Source: Octopus sinensis
Taxonomy: Eukaryota
Length of the DNA stretch: 64,000 nt
Assembly: GCF_006345805.1 (NCBI RefSeq)
Contig: NW_021833441.1
Location: forward strand, 1-64,000
Direction of reading: 5' to 3'
The notes beneath the pieces were generated by a model. That model was not told the DNA's origin and did not search any database. It saw only the letters and a list, made by a program, of their open reading frames with translations. A program made the translations under genes and the position numbers. Every line of letters starts with the position of its first letter. Positions within the stretch are counted from its first letter, which is position 1. Positions 12,678 through 26,240 of this stretch are shown in pieces.

Positions 12678-14870
12678 ACGGGAGTGAAAGGGAGAGGAGA
12701 AGCGAGGGAGATATAGTAAGAGAATAGGGATGGAGAGAGATATATAGAGAAAAGGAGAGGGGGAGGAAAAGAACGGGAGTGAAGGGGAGAGGAGAAGCGA
12801 GGGAGATATAGTAAGAGAGTAGGGAAAGAGAGAGATATATAGAGAAAAGGAGAGGGAGAGGAAAAGAACGGGAGTGAAGGGGAGAGGAGAAGCGAGGGAG
12901 ATATAGTAAGAGAATAGGGAAAGAGAGAGATATATAGAGAAAGGGAGAGGGGGAGGAAAAAACGGGAGTGAAGGGGAGAGGAGAAGCGAGGGAGATATAG
13001 TAAGAGAATAGGAAAGAGAGAGATATATAGAAAGGAGAGGGGGAGGGAGGAAAAGAACGGGAGTAAAGGGGAGAGGAGAAGCGAGGGAGATATAGTAAGA
13101 GAATAGGGAAAGAGAGAGATATATAGAGAAAAGGAGAGGGGGAGGGAGGAAAAGAACGGGAGTAAAGGGGAGGGGAGAAGCGAGGGAGATATAGTAAGAG
13201 AATAGGGAAAGAGAGAGAGATATAGAGAAAAGGAGAGGGGGAGGAAAAGAACGGGAGTGAAGGGGAGAGGAGAAGCGAGGGAGATATAGTAAGAGAATAG
13301 GGAAATGAGAGATATAGAGAAAAGGAGAGGGGGAGGAAAAGAACGGGAGTGAAAGGGAGAGGAGAAGCGAGGGAGATATAGTAAGAGAATAGGGAAAGAG
13401 AGAGATATATAGAGAAAGGGAGAGGGGGAGGGAGGAAAAGAACGGGAGTAAAGGGGAGAGGAGAAGCGAGGGAGATATAGTAAGAGAATAGGGAAAGAGA
13501 GAGAGATATAGAGAAAAGGAGAGGGGGAGGAAAAGAACGGGAGTGAAAGGGAGAGGAGAAGCGAGGGAGATATAGTAAGAGAATAGGGAAAGAGAGAGAT
13601 ATATAGAGAAAGGGAGAGGGGGAGGGAGGAAAATAACGGGAGTGAAGGGGAGAGGAGAAGCGAGGGAGATATAGTAAGAGAATAGGGAAAGATAGAGATA
13701 TATAGAGACAAGGAGAGGGAGAGAAAAAGAACGGGAGTGAAGGGGAGAGGAGAAGCGAGGGAGATATAGTAAGAGAATAGGGAAAGAGAGAGAGATATAG
13801 AGAAAAGGAGAGGGGGAGGAAAAGAACGGGAGTGAAAGGGAGAGGAGAAGCGAGGGAGATATAGTAAGAGAATAGGGAAAGAGAGAGATATATAGAGAAA
13901 GGGAGAGGGGGAGGGAGGAAAAGAACGGGAGTAAAGGGGAGAGGAGAAGCGAGGGAGATATAGTAAGAGAATAGGGAAAGAGAGAGAGATATAGAGAAAA
14001 GGAGAGGGGGAGGAAAAGAACGGGAGTGAAGGGGAGAGGAGAAGCGAGGGAGATATAGTAAGAGAATAGGGAAAGAGAGAGATATAGAGAAAAGGAGAGG
14101 GGGAGGAAAAGAACGGGAGTGAAAGGGAGAGGAGATGCGAGGGAGATATAGTAAGAGAATAGGGAAAGAGAGAGATACATAGAAAAGGAGAGGGGGAGGA
14201 AAAGAACGGGAGTGAAGGGGAGAGGAGAAGCGAGGGAGATATAGTAAGAGAATAGGGAAAGATAGAGATATATAGAGACAAGGAGAGGGAGAGAAAAAGA
14301 ACGGGAGTGAAGGGGAGAGGAGAAGCGAGGGAGATATAGTAAGAGAATAGGGATGGAGAGAGATATATAGAGAAAAGGAGAGGGGGAGGAAAAGAACGGG
14401 AGTGAAGGGGAGAGGAGAAGCGAGGGAGATATAGTAAGAGAATAGGGAAAGAGAGAGATATATAGAGACAAGGAGAGGGGGAGGAAAAAAACGGGAGTGA
14501 AGGGGAGAGGAGAAGCGAGGGAGATATAGTAAGAGAATAGGGATGGAGAGAGATATATAGAGACATGGAGAAGGGGAGGAAAAGAACGGGAGTGAAGGGG
14601 AGAGGAGAAGCGAGGGAGATATATTAAGAGAATAGGGAAAGAGAGAGAGATATAGAGACAAGGAGAGGGGGAGGAAAAGAAACGGTAGTGAAGGGGAGAG
14701 GAGAAGCGAGGGAGATATAGTAAGAGAATAGGGAAAGAGAGAGAGATATAGAGAAAAGGAGAGGGGGAGGAAAAGAACGGGAGTGAAGGGGAGAGGAGAA
14801 GCGAGAGAGATATAGTAAGAGAATAGGGAAAGGGAGAGAGATATAGAGACAAGGAGAGGGGGAGGAAAAG
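12678..14870. repeat. Purine-rich ~95-bp minisatellite, roughly 23 units
   Basis: Unit GGGAGTGAAGGGGAGAGGAGAAGCGAGGGAGATATAGTAAGAGAATAGGGAAAGAGAGAGATATATAGAGAAAAGGAGAGGGGGAGGAAAAGAAC repeats with small indels. Confidence 0.95.
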
Positions 14871-15029
14871 AGCGGGTGAACTGGATGAGAGAGGGAAAGA
14901 ATAGAGCGAACGTTCGAGTGTGAGTGAGGCAGACAGCAGAGCAAGTGCGCTAGGACACACACACACACACTCACTTCACATCGTAGTAGTGTGTGTAGTT
15001 TTATAGAAAGAGTGCGAGTGAGACATTGG

Positions 15030-15880
15030 TATTATACATACACAACAACAAGACTTCGTTCTGCTACTTTCTTGAGTGTTGGCCACCATGGATTGGATAG
15101 GGAAGGCTTGTTTTTACACAAGGTCTTCTTAAAATCTACCCTTAAAAATGTACGTAAGATTTTTTTCTCCTGTCATTAATATTAACTGGTTTTTTTTGCT
15201 CCTAATGTTTGCGAACATTTTTTGCCTTGTTAACTTGGTTTGTCGTATGTAACACTCTTCACAAGACTTCGTTCCGCTCCTTTCTTGAGTGTTGGCCACC
15301 ATGGATTGGATAGGGAAGGCTTGTTTTAACACAAGGTCTTCTTAAAAATCTACCCTTAAAAATGTAAGATTCTTTTTCTCCTGTCATTGTTATTAACTAT
15401 TTGTTTTTACCCCTAATGTTTGCGATCTTTTTGCCTTGTTATACATACACAACAACAAGACTTCGTTCCGCTCCTTTCTTGAGTGTTGGCCACCATGGAT
15501 TGGATAGGGAAGGCTTGTTTTAACACAAGGTCTTCTTAAAAATCTACCCTTAAAAATGTAAGATTTTTTTCTTGTGTCATTGTTATTAACTATTTGTTTT
15601 TACCCCTAATGTTTGCGATCTTTTTGCCTTGTTAACTTGGTTTGTAGTATGTAACACCCTTCACAAGACTTCGTTCCGCTCCTTTCTTGAGTGTTGGCCA
15701 CCATGGATTGGATAGGGAAGGCTTGTTTTAACACAAGGTCTTCTTAAAAATCTACCCTTAAAAATGTAAGATTTTTTTCTCGTGTCATTGATATTAACTG
15801 TTTTGTTTTGCTCCTAATGTTTGCGATCTTTCTTTGCCTTGTTAACTTGGTTCAGTTCCGTTTCTTAAGTGATGGCCATA
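15030..15880. repeat. ~200-bp tandem repeat, 4 units plus a partial unit
   Basis: AGACTTCGTT..GAGTGTTGGCCACCATGGATTGGATAGGGAAGGC recurs at 15051, 15264, 15458 and 15666. Confidence 0.9.
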
Positions 15881-16019
15881 TATGGGATAACTAATAATTG
15901 TTTCTTTACAACGTCTTCTATCTTTTTGCTAAAACGTACCCCTTTAAATCTTTTCCCAACATCTTTTTAAAAGCCTTTTATCTCGGACATTGTTTATGTT
16001 ATATATATTTCTATTTCTT

Positions 16020-16165
16020 TACTACCCACAAGGGGCTAAACACAGAGGGGACAAACAAGGACAGACATAGGTATTTAGTCGATTACATCGACCCCAGTGC
16101 GTAACTGGTACTTAATTTATCGACCCCGAAAGAATGAAAGGCAAAGTCGACCTCGGCGGAATGTT
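16020..16165 (-). mobile_element. SINE family 2 fragment with a conserved central domain; related pieces at ~38370-38465, 39100-39250, 39300-39500, 59440-59660, 60470-60560, 61960-62070
   Basis: Shared motif GAGGTCGACTTTGCCTTTCAT(C/T)CTTTCGGGGTCGATAAA..AGTACCAGT. It resembles my recollection of the Meta/MESC-type SINE core, which I have not verified. Confidence 0.65.
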
Positions 16166-17063
16166 ATATATATTTCGCTTTAAGATTACTTTCAGCTCAC
16201 CCTTGTTAAATTAACCGTATTTGAGGAAGGTTAGCTACCATTTTTAGCCTGTCTTCTTTACAAACATTTCTTCGTAGTGCGTGGAACATGTAGTGTGAGT
16301 GTGTATATGTATGTATATGCATATACATGTGTGTGTGTACAGACGCATATACACACGTCTTAAGTTTACCGTATTTGAAAAAGGAATCGCTGCTATTTCT
16401 AAGCGGGTCCTGCGTACTTCAACTAAACTTCTTCCAGTTCCACACACTTCAGAAGACTTTGCTCCACTCCTGTCGTAAGTGTTGGGCATGGGGCATGAAC
16501 TGAATACGGAGGCCTTTCTTAAGTGATGGCCATGTATTAGATAAAAATGAACGTATCTTCAAACGATTTTCTTTCTACTTTCAAAAAAAAAAACCTTCCC
16601 CTTAAAATCTATTCTGTGCCCTTAACTCTATGTACATGTAATATATATATTCACTTTAAGATATTTTTCTGTTCACTCCTTGTTATAAATTTACCGTATA
16701 TGAGGAAGGTTAGCTACCATTTCTAGCCGATCTTTTTGCAAATATTTCACCACGGTATATAGTAACATGTAGTGTGTATATAAGTCTGTGTGTTTAATAC
16801 GTGCACACATACAACAAGTTTTAGGTTCGCCGTATTTGAAGAAAATATCACAGCTATTTCTAAGCAAGTCCAGCATACTTCACAAAACTTCTGTCAGTTC
16901 TACACATCATAACACTTTGCTCCGCTCCCTTAGTGAGTGGTGGCCATATACCCGAAGGCCTACTCTTCTAGAAGTCTTGGTAAAATCTACCTATAAAATT
17001 TTAACTAAGATATATTTCGTATACTCACACGAGTGTTACTATCTGTCCCTACCCTTTACTGTT

Positions 17064-17094
<31 letters not shown>

Positions 17095-17156
17095 TGTCAG
17101 TCCGTCTGTCAATATCTACGCCTGCAAATAATATATACCTACTGTGTGTGTACATT

Positions 17157-17195
<39 letters not shown>

Positions 17196-18689
17196 GCACA
17201 CACATAGCCATGCATATATGTACACACACATACATATATATATGTATGTATGTATGTATATATGTATACACACACACATAAACACATGCATATATGTTCA
17301 TACATTACATATATATGTAATATATATACACACACACACAATTCTTATACATACATACATACATACATACATCAACTAATTCTCAACTAGGGTGTAGTTT
17401 AAAGGTAGCTTGGCTTATTATGTCCAGGATCAATCCCTAAAAGCTTTCTTTTAGGGCCCACATGGTATTTTATACTTTCAAATAGGAATTTTCATTTCTT
17501 TCTATAATTTGTTCCTTTCAGACTGGATGCCATGGTGGACTTATCCGCCTTGTTATTATTGTTGTCGTTGTTTACTTTATATACGCAAAATGTTATATGT
17601 GCACCAGGACCATACATCTATCAATCTATCTATCTATCTATCTATCTATGTGTCTGCGTATATATAAATAGGTATATCTGAATTTATGCGTGTATAAATG
17701 TGTGTGTATATATATTTATACATGTATATATATATATATAATATATATATATATATGTGTGTGTGTGTATATATATATATATATCTGCATATGTATACAA
17801 ATATATATGTTTATGTGTCTAAATGTCTATATGTATATTATGTATGTATATATGTGCATATATATGTGTATATACATATGCATATATATATATGTATATA
17901 TATCTGTGTGTGTATATTATATATGCATTTATATATGTATATATATATACAAACATCTATGTATACACACACACACACACATATATATATGTATGTATAT
18001 ATACACATATACACGGCTACTGGTGACCACCATTCCTTAAAACTGGCCTTGGATTGTCTTGTCATACATCCTGCGGGTTCTTTAGCTAATTCTATTCTTT
18101 AATAAAGATGGGAATATACGTTGGTGTATATAACAGGTATTACGAATTTTCTATAGCCATGTGTGCATATGTATGAATGATATATACACACACACACAAG
18201 AATTTGACTCTACGTATATATATATACTATTTATATATATAATATAATATATATGTTATATATAATACATATATGATATATATAATATGCTACATATAAC
18301 ATATATGATATATATATGAGACATATATATATATATATATCATATATTATTTATGTATGGATATATAGTGTATATGTATGTATATACATATTGTGTATAT
18401 GTATATATATATTGTATATATTATATACATATTGTGTATATGTATATATATATTGTATATATTTATATATATATTATGTATATGTTTATATATATTATGT
18501 ATATATATATTGTGTATATGTTTATATTTATTATGTATATATATATTATGTATATGTTTATATATATTATACTCTTTTACTCTTTTACTTGTTTCAGCCA
18601 TCCGGCTGAGGCCATGCTGGGGCACCGCCCATATATTATGTATATATATATATTGTATATATATATTGTGTATATATATATATAAATAT

Positions 18690-19297
18690 ATAGGAGATAA
18701 ATAAAAATATATGCATACATACGAACATATATGTACGTACCTACATCTACATGTATATATACATGCATATATAAATAATTATACGGGAGTACAGGACATC
18801 ACAAAAAGACGTAGAAACGGAAAAAGCCAAAAAACAAAAAACAAGAAAACGGAAAACGAAGAACAAGAAAACGAAAAACAAATACAGGACGAGCTACACA
18901 AGGACAAAACCCCCGTCATCAGCTGTCGCTAGAGGAGTCAGGCATGTTTCGAAGGCATAACAGAACACTAATCCAATAGGCCTTCCTGCGAGAGAATTAA
19001 AATAAAATTTCAAGCAGCGGGGCAAAATGAGTACGAACACAAACAAGACGTAACAATAAGACTGCAAAATTAAAATACATGTACAAAAACAAACACAAGA
19101 GGACGAACGAAAAAGCCTTTTTTCTGGCATAGACAAACGATAAAACTGCAAAAATAAAAATACATGTACAAAAAGTACAATTAGTTACAAAACGAGAAAA
19201 TAACAAGAATACTATACAGGAAATCAACCACACAAGGGGACGAACGAAGAAGCCTTTTGCTGGCAAGGACGAAAGTGTAGTAGCAGCGCGTGGAGGC
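18690..19297 (-). repeat. Unclassified repeat that forms the insertion site of the Tx1 stack
   Basis: Has an internal ~110-bp duplication (GGACGAACGAA..GCCTTTT..CTGGCA at ~19101 and ~19238). Its distal motif TATGTACGTACCTAC.TCTACATGTA recurs at ~9980. Confidence 0.4.
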
Positions 19298-19313
19298 AGT
19301 CTTTTCAATAGTA

Positions 19314-22213
19314 ATTTCTTTATTACGATTATACAATCGTTTACGTAGAATTACAAATACATGACATACATGCAAAACAAATAATTAAGAGGTTCGATTT
19401 AAAAATTTTCCATAACATTTGGATTGAAAAATTTGTCTATAAATTGTCCTTTACGTGACCAATAGAATCTTATAACAGTTCATAAACTTTCGATCTTACC
19501 GAAGTTTTAAACCCCGGCAATTTATAAGGCCCCGCAGCTTATGTTTCCTCTCCTCCCTCCATAGTTAAGCTGGGTTTCTGACACCCACCTTTTTTTCCAC
19601 TTCCTTCCATCTTTTCTCATACACACCCCGTGGTAAGATCCTCTTTTCCAGCCCCATTTTGCTCTTCAGATGATATCTGAAGTAAGTGAGCAAGCCGGGG
19701 CCGGAGACAAAGGATCCTATCGCGACTCCTTCCATTCTTGTTCTCCACATGCATTCTTTTACTACTGCAACCGTGCAGTGAAAACATGCCTCACCTTCCT
19801 TCGAGAGTCCAGTTGGCGGTATCATCTTAATCATAGACTCAGCCGACAGCTGTACTCGTCCCAGATGCGATAACACGTGTTCTGTGTAACTTATCAAGTC
19901 TGACAACTTCCGACAGTGTACAAAAGCGTGCTGGACGGTTTCATCGTCCAACTCGCACCTTGGACACGTCGGTGGCTCTGAAATTCCGTGCCGCGATAAC
20001 TTCTCGCGAACAGGTAAAGCATTCCTATAGCACTGCCAGGCCAGGGATCTTTGGAAATTATCCAAGTACCCCGTCCTGAAAGTCTTTTTAAACAGGTTGG
20101 TAAGCTGGTCTTCGTCAAACCCCAGAGCCTCTCCTAGGACGTCGTCGTTCTTTGCCTCTACCAGCCTTCTATAAAATACCGAGGTGGTATTTCCACAGCC
20201 GGCCTTGCCCGCCTTGTGGATCAGCGTGAGTGCCTGTCGGCACTCCTTTTGCCATGAAGTCAGTTTCCATCTTTTGATGTAACCGGGTTTACAGAAAGAC
20301 AGTACTTACCTGCAAGTCCAAGCTCTTCCAGATAAGGACTGCCACGCCTCTGCCTCTTCCTGGGCTAGGAGAAATAAATTTCTCGAACCCATTTAGAAGA
20401 GGCGAGAACGCTTGGGCCCCGTTCATCTTGGACTCGGTTGCAATAGCTATGTCTACTCCATGTGTCGTGAGGTCGTTCAGGAAGCAAATTTGTTTCCATT
20501 TCGACCCCATTCCACGTACATTCACACAACCCAGCTTAGCCATTGTCGGTGAGAGAAAAAATAAAGGAACTTACGGTTGAGAAAGGGAGCATGACAGTTT
20601 AAATCTGCCCGCTTCCCCTTCTTCCTCCCTTGTGGTCGTAGCTGCACGGCTCTTGACCGGCGTTGCCACCGGGCTCTGGGTAGGTGTGGTTGCCGGGGTT
20701 ATCACAAGTTTGCCCTCCATTACTTCTTTAGTCACATCTCTAATCAGTCTGTTCTTTAGATGCTCTTGAAGAACTTCTTCCTTCCACTCGTCTTCCTTTA
20801 TTTTCGCGAAGCGAGTGGTTGCTTTTATGTCTGTAGCCTTACTATATAAGTTAAATTTTGAAAATTTATAGTATTTATATACTCTTTCGTTTTTTTCATC
20901 GAAAGCAATGATCTTATCATTTTATTTTTAAAGACTTTTTCACATCTTGTTTTATGGGGAGGGGCTTGGCAAACTGTTTCCCAATGAAAACAGTGCCATG
21001 GGGGTAGGGCTGGGGGATTTGCTTGGTGTGTATGTCTTCTGTGCTTGCTGATTTTTTCTTTGTTTGAGGAGGGGAGTCCGGGGTGTTGTCTTTTTTTCTT
21101 TTATGTGTGACTTGAGTGTAGTCCATTTGTTCGGTACAATCCGTTTCTGTTTCAATACTTGTCTTCGTCTTGTTATTATCCTTTTCTGTCTTCTCCCCTT
21201 CAGTGTTGGGAACACTTTGAGGAGGAGCTTCATTTGTTTTCTTCTTTTTTATGCAGTTCGAGCGGACGTGACCCTTCTCTCCACACTTAAAACATCTGGG
21301 TCTACGTCCCTCCACCGATACTCTCATTGATGTTCCGTCTTCGTTGAATATCCTATCGGCAGGTTCTCTAAAATTTTGTTTTCCGCCTGCACGAGGAGTT
21401 CCAGCGTCTGTCCCTTCCAGCGTACCTCCTCTTTCTTTCTCATCTGCAGAATCGAGATTTCCCGCTCAATATTGTGCAGGACCGCCGCTGCTACCCACAT
21501 AATATCGTACCCTCTGGGTATGTCCTCTACCAGCAGTTTCGCTGTTCGTTTTCCCATATACGAGGGTAGCAGCATGATGTCATCATTTTTCAGGGTCAAT
21601 GACGACACCTCTCTAGCTACCTCAGCTGTGTCGAAATGCGCTTCAACAGTAGCGCTTCGAGCACCTCGAACGATATGGCGAATTTTGTCCCACACCGGGG
21701 ACAAGCACTTTTCGACAATTTCATTCCTGACGTCCATAATTTTCTTTTCTTTGTAGCTATACACTTTGTATATCACTGTTTTCTCCTTTATTTCTTGTAC
21801 CTTTGCCTGCGGCGGTACAAGCCTGATTTCGCCTCCTTCCACCTTCACCAGGTTCCTAAATTCGAACAGTTGTTCGATCTTGAACTCAACGTCCATCATG
21901 GCACCGCCCACCGCGGCCGAAAAAGACTGTTTTGGTACTTCTGTTTCCTTTAATTCACTTGTTCCCATCACGGGAAAATCATCCTTCGACGTCAAGTCGA
22001 AATCCATTTCAAAAATTACCTCGAAGGTAATAACAATACAGGTAATAACAATAGAGAATTTTGTGCCCCGTAGGGCGAAAATTACCGTTATACAACGGGC
22101 ACTGTTCAAATAACAATTAACACAAACAACAATAAGCAAAAATACGAACTCTCTCAACTAAAGGCAGCTAATTCCTCAGAACGCAGATGAAAAGTAGCTA
22201 GAGAATAGAATCG
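19314..22213 (-). mobile_element. Tx1-like LINE copy A, internally deleted (RT missing)
   Basis: Contains ORF1 (20917-22157, one frameshift), the N-terminus of the APE endonuclease (20292-20543), the ORF2 C-terminus with CCHC (19565-20291), and a 3' end AATAAAGAAAT. Confidence 0.9.
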
Positions 22214-22480
22214 AGTCTTTTCGATAGTAATTTCTTTATTACGATTATACAATCTTTTAAATAGAATTACAAATACATAACATACATGCAAAACAAATAA
22301 TTAAGAGGTTCGCTTTAAAAATTTTTCATAACATTTGGATTAAAAAATTCGTCTATGAATTGTCCTTTACGTGACCAGTAGAATCTTATCACAGTTCATA
22401 ACCTTTCGCTCTTACCGAAGTTTCAAACCCCGGCTATTTATGAGGCCCCGCAGCTTTTGTTTCCTCTCCTCCCTCCATAG

Positions 22481-25400
22481 TTAAGCTGGGTTTCTGACAC
22501 CCACCTTTTTTTCCACTTCCTTCCATCTTTTCTCATACACACCCCGTGGTAAGTTCCTCTTTTCCAGCCCCATTTTGCTCTTCAGATGATATCTGAAGTA
22601 AGTGAGCAAGCCGGGGCCCGAGACAAAGGATCCTATCGCGACTCCTTCCATTCTTGTTCTCCACATGCATTCTTTTACTACTGCAACCGTGCAGTGAAAA
22701 CATGCCTCACCTTCCTTCGAGAGTCCAGTTGGCGGTATCATCTTAATCATAGACTCAGCCGACAGCTGTACTCGTCCCAGATGCGATAACACGTGTTCTG
22801 TGTAACTTATCAAGTCTGACAACTTCCGACAGTGTACAAAAGCGTGCTGGACGGTTTCATCGTCCAACTCGCACCTTGGACACGTCGGTGGCACTGGAAT
22901 TCCGTGCCGCGATAACTTCTCGCGAACAGGTAGAGCGTTCCTATAGCACTGCCAGGCCAGGGATCTTTGGAAATTATCCAAGTACCCCGTCCTGAAAGTC
23001 TTTTTAAACAGGTTGGTAAGCTGGTCTTCGTCAAACCCCAGAGCCCCTCCTAGGACGTCGTCGTTCTTTGCCTCTACCAGCCTTCTATAAAATACCGAGG
23101 TGGTATTTCCGCAGCCGGCCTTGCCCGCCTTGTGGATCAGCGTGAGTGCCTGTCGGCACTCCTTTTGCCATGAAGTCAGTTTCCATCTTTTGATGTAACC
23201 GGGTTTAAAATATACTAAGGAGGCCGGTCTCGGGAAAAATCCCCCTGCCAGCGGACTCCACACCTTATCACCTTCCAGGTGGTGCCAGAGATGCCTTAGC
23301 CTCAACGCATGTCTGCGCATCATCAACCAAGGCATTCCTAACCCACCCTTTAACGGTTCCTGGCAGCAAACGGAGCGCCTCACATGTGGCCTTCCTCCCT
23401 TCCACAAAAAGCGGAAAAGGATTCGCTCCAACTTGTTAAGCCATGAACCGGGGCAAGGGACAACGGTCAGGCGGTAAGTGATTACAGATGCAATGAACAT
23501 CTGCACCACCTCCGCCCTTCCTTTCAAGGACAGAGACCTTCCGGACCAGGTCCGTACTATGGCCTCCACCTTGCTCGTCACCTCACTCCAGTTCTTCTCC
23601 GTTTGGGAGTCTGGCCCAAACCAAACTCCCAGCAACTTAACAGGGCCATCCGTCCAGTGTCCCACGACACTGGACGATATCGACTTGCTCCTCCAGGTGC
23701 CGAGGCGCAAGCCAACCGACTTGTCCTTGTTAACCTTTGCTCCTGCCACCGCCTCGTATCCTCTGATAGCCTCTTCTACACAAGGTAGTTGGGCATCTTT
23801 GGACACGATGAGGGTGACGTCATCCGCATAAGCAGTAACCGTCCTCCCACCTCCGATTTCATCCGAGTTACTCCCTAGCCTCTCCAACTTTCGCAGCAAT
23901 GGCTCAAGAGCCAACACGTACAGAAGTGGTGACAAGGGGCACCCTTGACGAACTGAACACTCGATCGAAAACGGTTCCGTTAGGTAACCGTTTATCTGGA
24001 CGGTGGACTTGATGCCGCTATACATAGCGGAGATCCACCCGCGAAATTCAGGGCCCAGCCCAGCCGCTTCGAGGACCGTCGCCAGGTACTCATGGTCTAC
24101 CCTATCGAAGGCTTTACTTTGGTCTAAATGGACCATTACCCCGCCCTTGCCGGTTAATTTACCCACCCTATCTAAGGTGTAGCGTATAAGGTGAAGGTTG
24201 TCCTGGATCGACCTGCCTGGAATTGCACATGTCTGTGCTCTCCCTACAAGTTTCTCCACGACAACCGTCAAACTTTTTGCCATCACCTTGGCCAAAATCT
24301 TTAACTCTACATTGAGTAGAGTTATGGGCCTGTAGTTACTAATGTTATCCCCTTTGCTCCGGTCTTTCTGGATTAGCGTCACCACTCCCCGGCTTACAGA
24401 ACTGGGAATTCTCCCATTCTGCTGCCAGTTCGTGTAGACGCCTGCCAATATTCCCCCGAACAAGTCCGGCATACTTTGGTAAAATTCGTAGGGCAGACCA
24501 TCCAACCCCGGCGACCTCTCCCCGGCGCATCCGGCCAGTATCCCCTCTATCTCCGCGGGAGTGATCGCTCCTTCACAGCACTCCACCTGACGCCCCGCGA
24601 GCCGCGGTCCGCCGGCCAGGAAGTCCTTTAAGGCCCTCCTCCGGTCCAGTGAACCACCACCCCCGAACACGTGGGCAAAATGTTGGTGAAGAAACTTTTG
24701 CATCTCCTCCTGTCCATAGATCTTTTGTCCCTGTTCGTCAGTTAAAGATTTGATTGAGGCTTTGTTACCTCTCTGACTCTCCACTCGACGGGCCCATCCG
24801 GCCAGGTTAATACCTTCTCGTTTCCCAGCGCGTAGCTTAGCTCTGACTCTGCAACCTTCGTGTTTGGAATTAAGGTGACGATACAAAACCGTTCTTGCCG
24901 CCCTCACTTCGGATGCAGAGCAAGCTTCCATTGCCTCGTTTAGATTCTTAACTAAATCGCCCTCTAATCTAGCCCTATCTATCCTTAGCTGATTGCTAAA
25001 TCTAACGGACTCTGAACGAATGGCTCTTTTGAGGGAGTGCCACCATCTATTGTTAATGATGGTGCCACACAATGCCCTCTGTACTAACACCTTAATCCGG
25101 GTACGGAAGTCTTCACAATTCAAAATAGCCTTGTTCAGCTTCCAGTACCCGGGTCCCTGTCTATGACACTTGTCTAATTGCATCTCACACGTCACAAGTT
25201 TGTGATCCGTGTAAGGCACAATATGAAATTGTGGACAACTAAACGTCTCCTTATCTCTTTTCTTAATAAATATCCTATCTAGATACGATCTGTGTGAGCC
25301 GTCGTTGTTACTCCACGTCCACTGTGGAACGCTCGGCTCATCCAGTCGGTAACGGTCCAGATCAAAGCTCTCTAGTAGACCCTGAGGCTAGGGTTCCCCT

Positions 25401-25866
25401 TCCTATTGGTTGAGCCAACACTGTCGATCCGCGCTTCAATGACAGTGTTAAAGTCCCCTACTAGGATTACCGTTTTCGACGTCGCTAAAAAGGGCTCCAG
25501 GTTCCGAAAAAAACCCGTCTGTTTACCCTCGTTCGGGGCGTAGACAGCTACCAACCTGAAGGACTGTTTACTTAGGTGAGTCACATCCAGAACAACCAGC
25601 CTGCCTTCTGGGTCCAGAAAGACAGTACTTACCTGCAAGTCCAAGCTCTTCCTGATAAGGACTGCCACGCCTCTGCCTCCTCCTCGGCTAGGAGAAATAA
25701 ATTTCTCGAACCCATTTAGAAGAGGCGAGAACGCTTGGGCCTCGCTCATCTTGGACTCGGTTGCAATAGCTATGTCTACACCATGTGTCGTGAGGTCGTT
25801 CAGGAAACAAAATTGTTTCCGTTTCGACCCCATTCCACGTACATTTATACAACCCAGCTTAGCCAT
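22481..25866 (-). pseudogene. Copy B ORF2: APE endonuclease, reverse transcriptase and C-terminal CCHC; frameshifted near 25383
   Basis: EN motifs NVRG, IATESK, GDFN, YLDRIF, TDH. RT motifs PGLDG, YRPITLLN, DQSKAFDRV, QGCPLSP, YADD. CPRC..ETVQHAFVHC. The L1/Tx1-clade architecture is established knowledge. Confidence 0.9.
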
Positions 25867-26240
25867 TGTAGGTGAGAGAGAAAAGTAAATGAACTCACGG
25901 TTGGGAAAGGGAGCATGACAGTTTAAATCTGCCCGCTTCCCCTTCTTCCTCCCTTGTAGTCGTAGCTGCAGGGCTCTTGTACGGCGTTGCCACCGGGCTC
26001 TGGGTGGGTGGGGTTGCCGGGGTTATCACAAGTTTGCCCTCCATTACTTCTTTAGTCACATCTCTAATCAGTCTGTTCTTTAGATGCTCTTGAAGAACTT
26101 CTTCCTTCCACTCGTCTTCCTTTATTTTCGCGAAGCGAGTGGTTGCTTTTATGTCTGTAGCCTTACTATATAAGTTAAATTTTGAAAATTTATAGTATTT
26201 ATATACTCTTTCGTTTTTTTCATCGAAAGCAATGATCTTA

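Noticed and set aside
12257-14966. 698-861 aa Ser/Leu/Pro/Phe-rich ORFs in all three minus frames
   Set aside because: The pyrimidine strand of the minisatellite rarely forms stop codons. Being open in all three frames argues against coding.
12678-15880. Regular repeats as CRISPR-like arrays
   Set aside because: There are no unique spacers or cas genes, and the context is eukaryotic.
18915-19000. GAAGGC..GCCTTC-GAAAC and a downstream CTGATGA (minus strand) as a hammerhead ribozyme
   Set aside because: No intact CUGANGA precedes the stem, and no GAAA or NUH is correctly placed after the CTGATGA.
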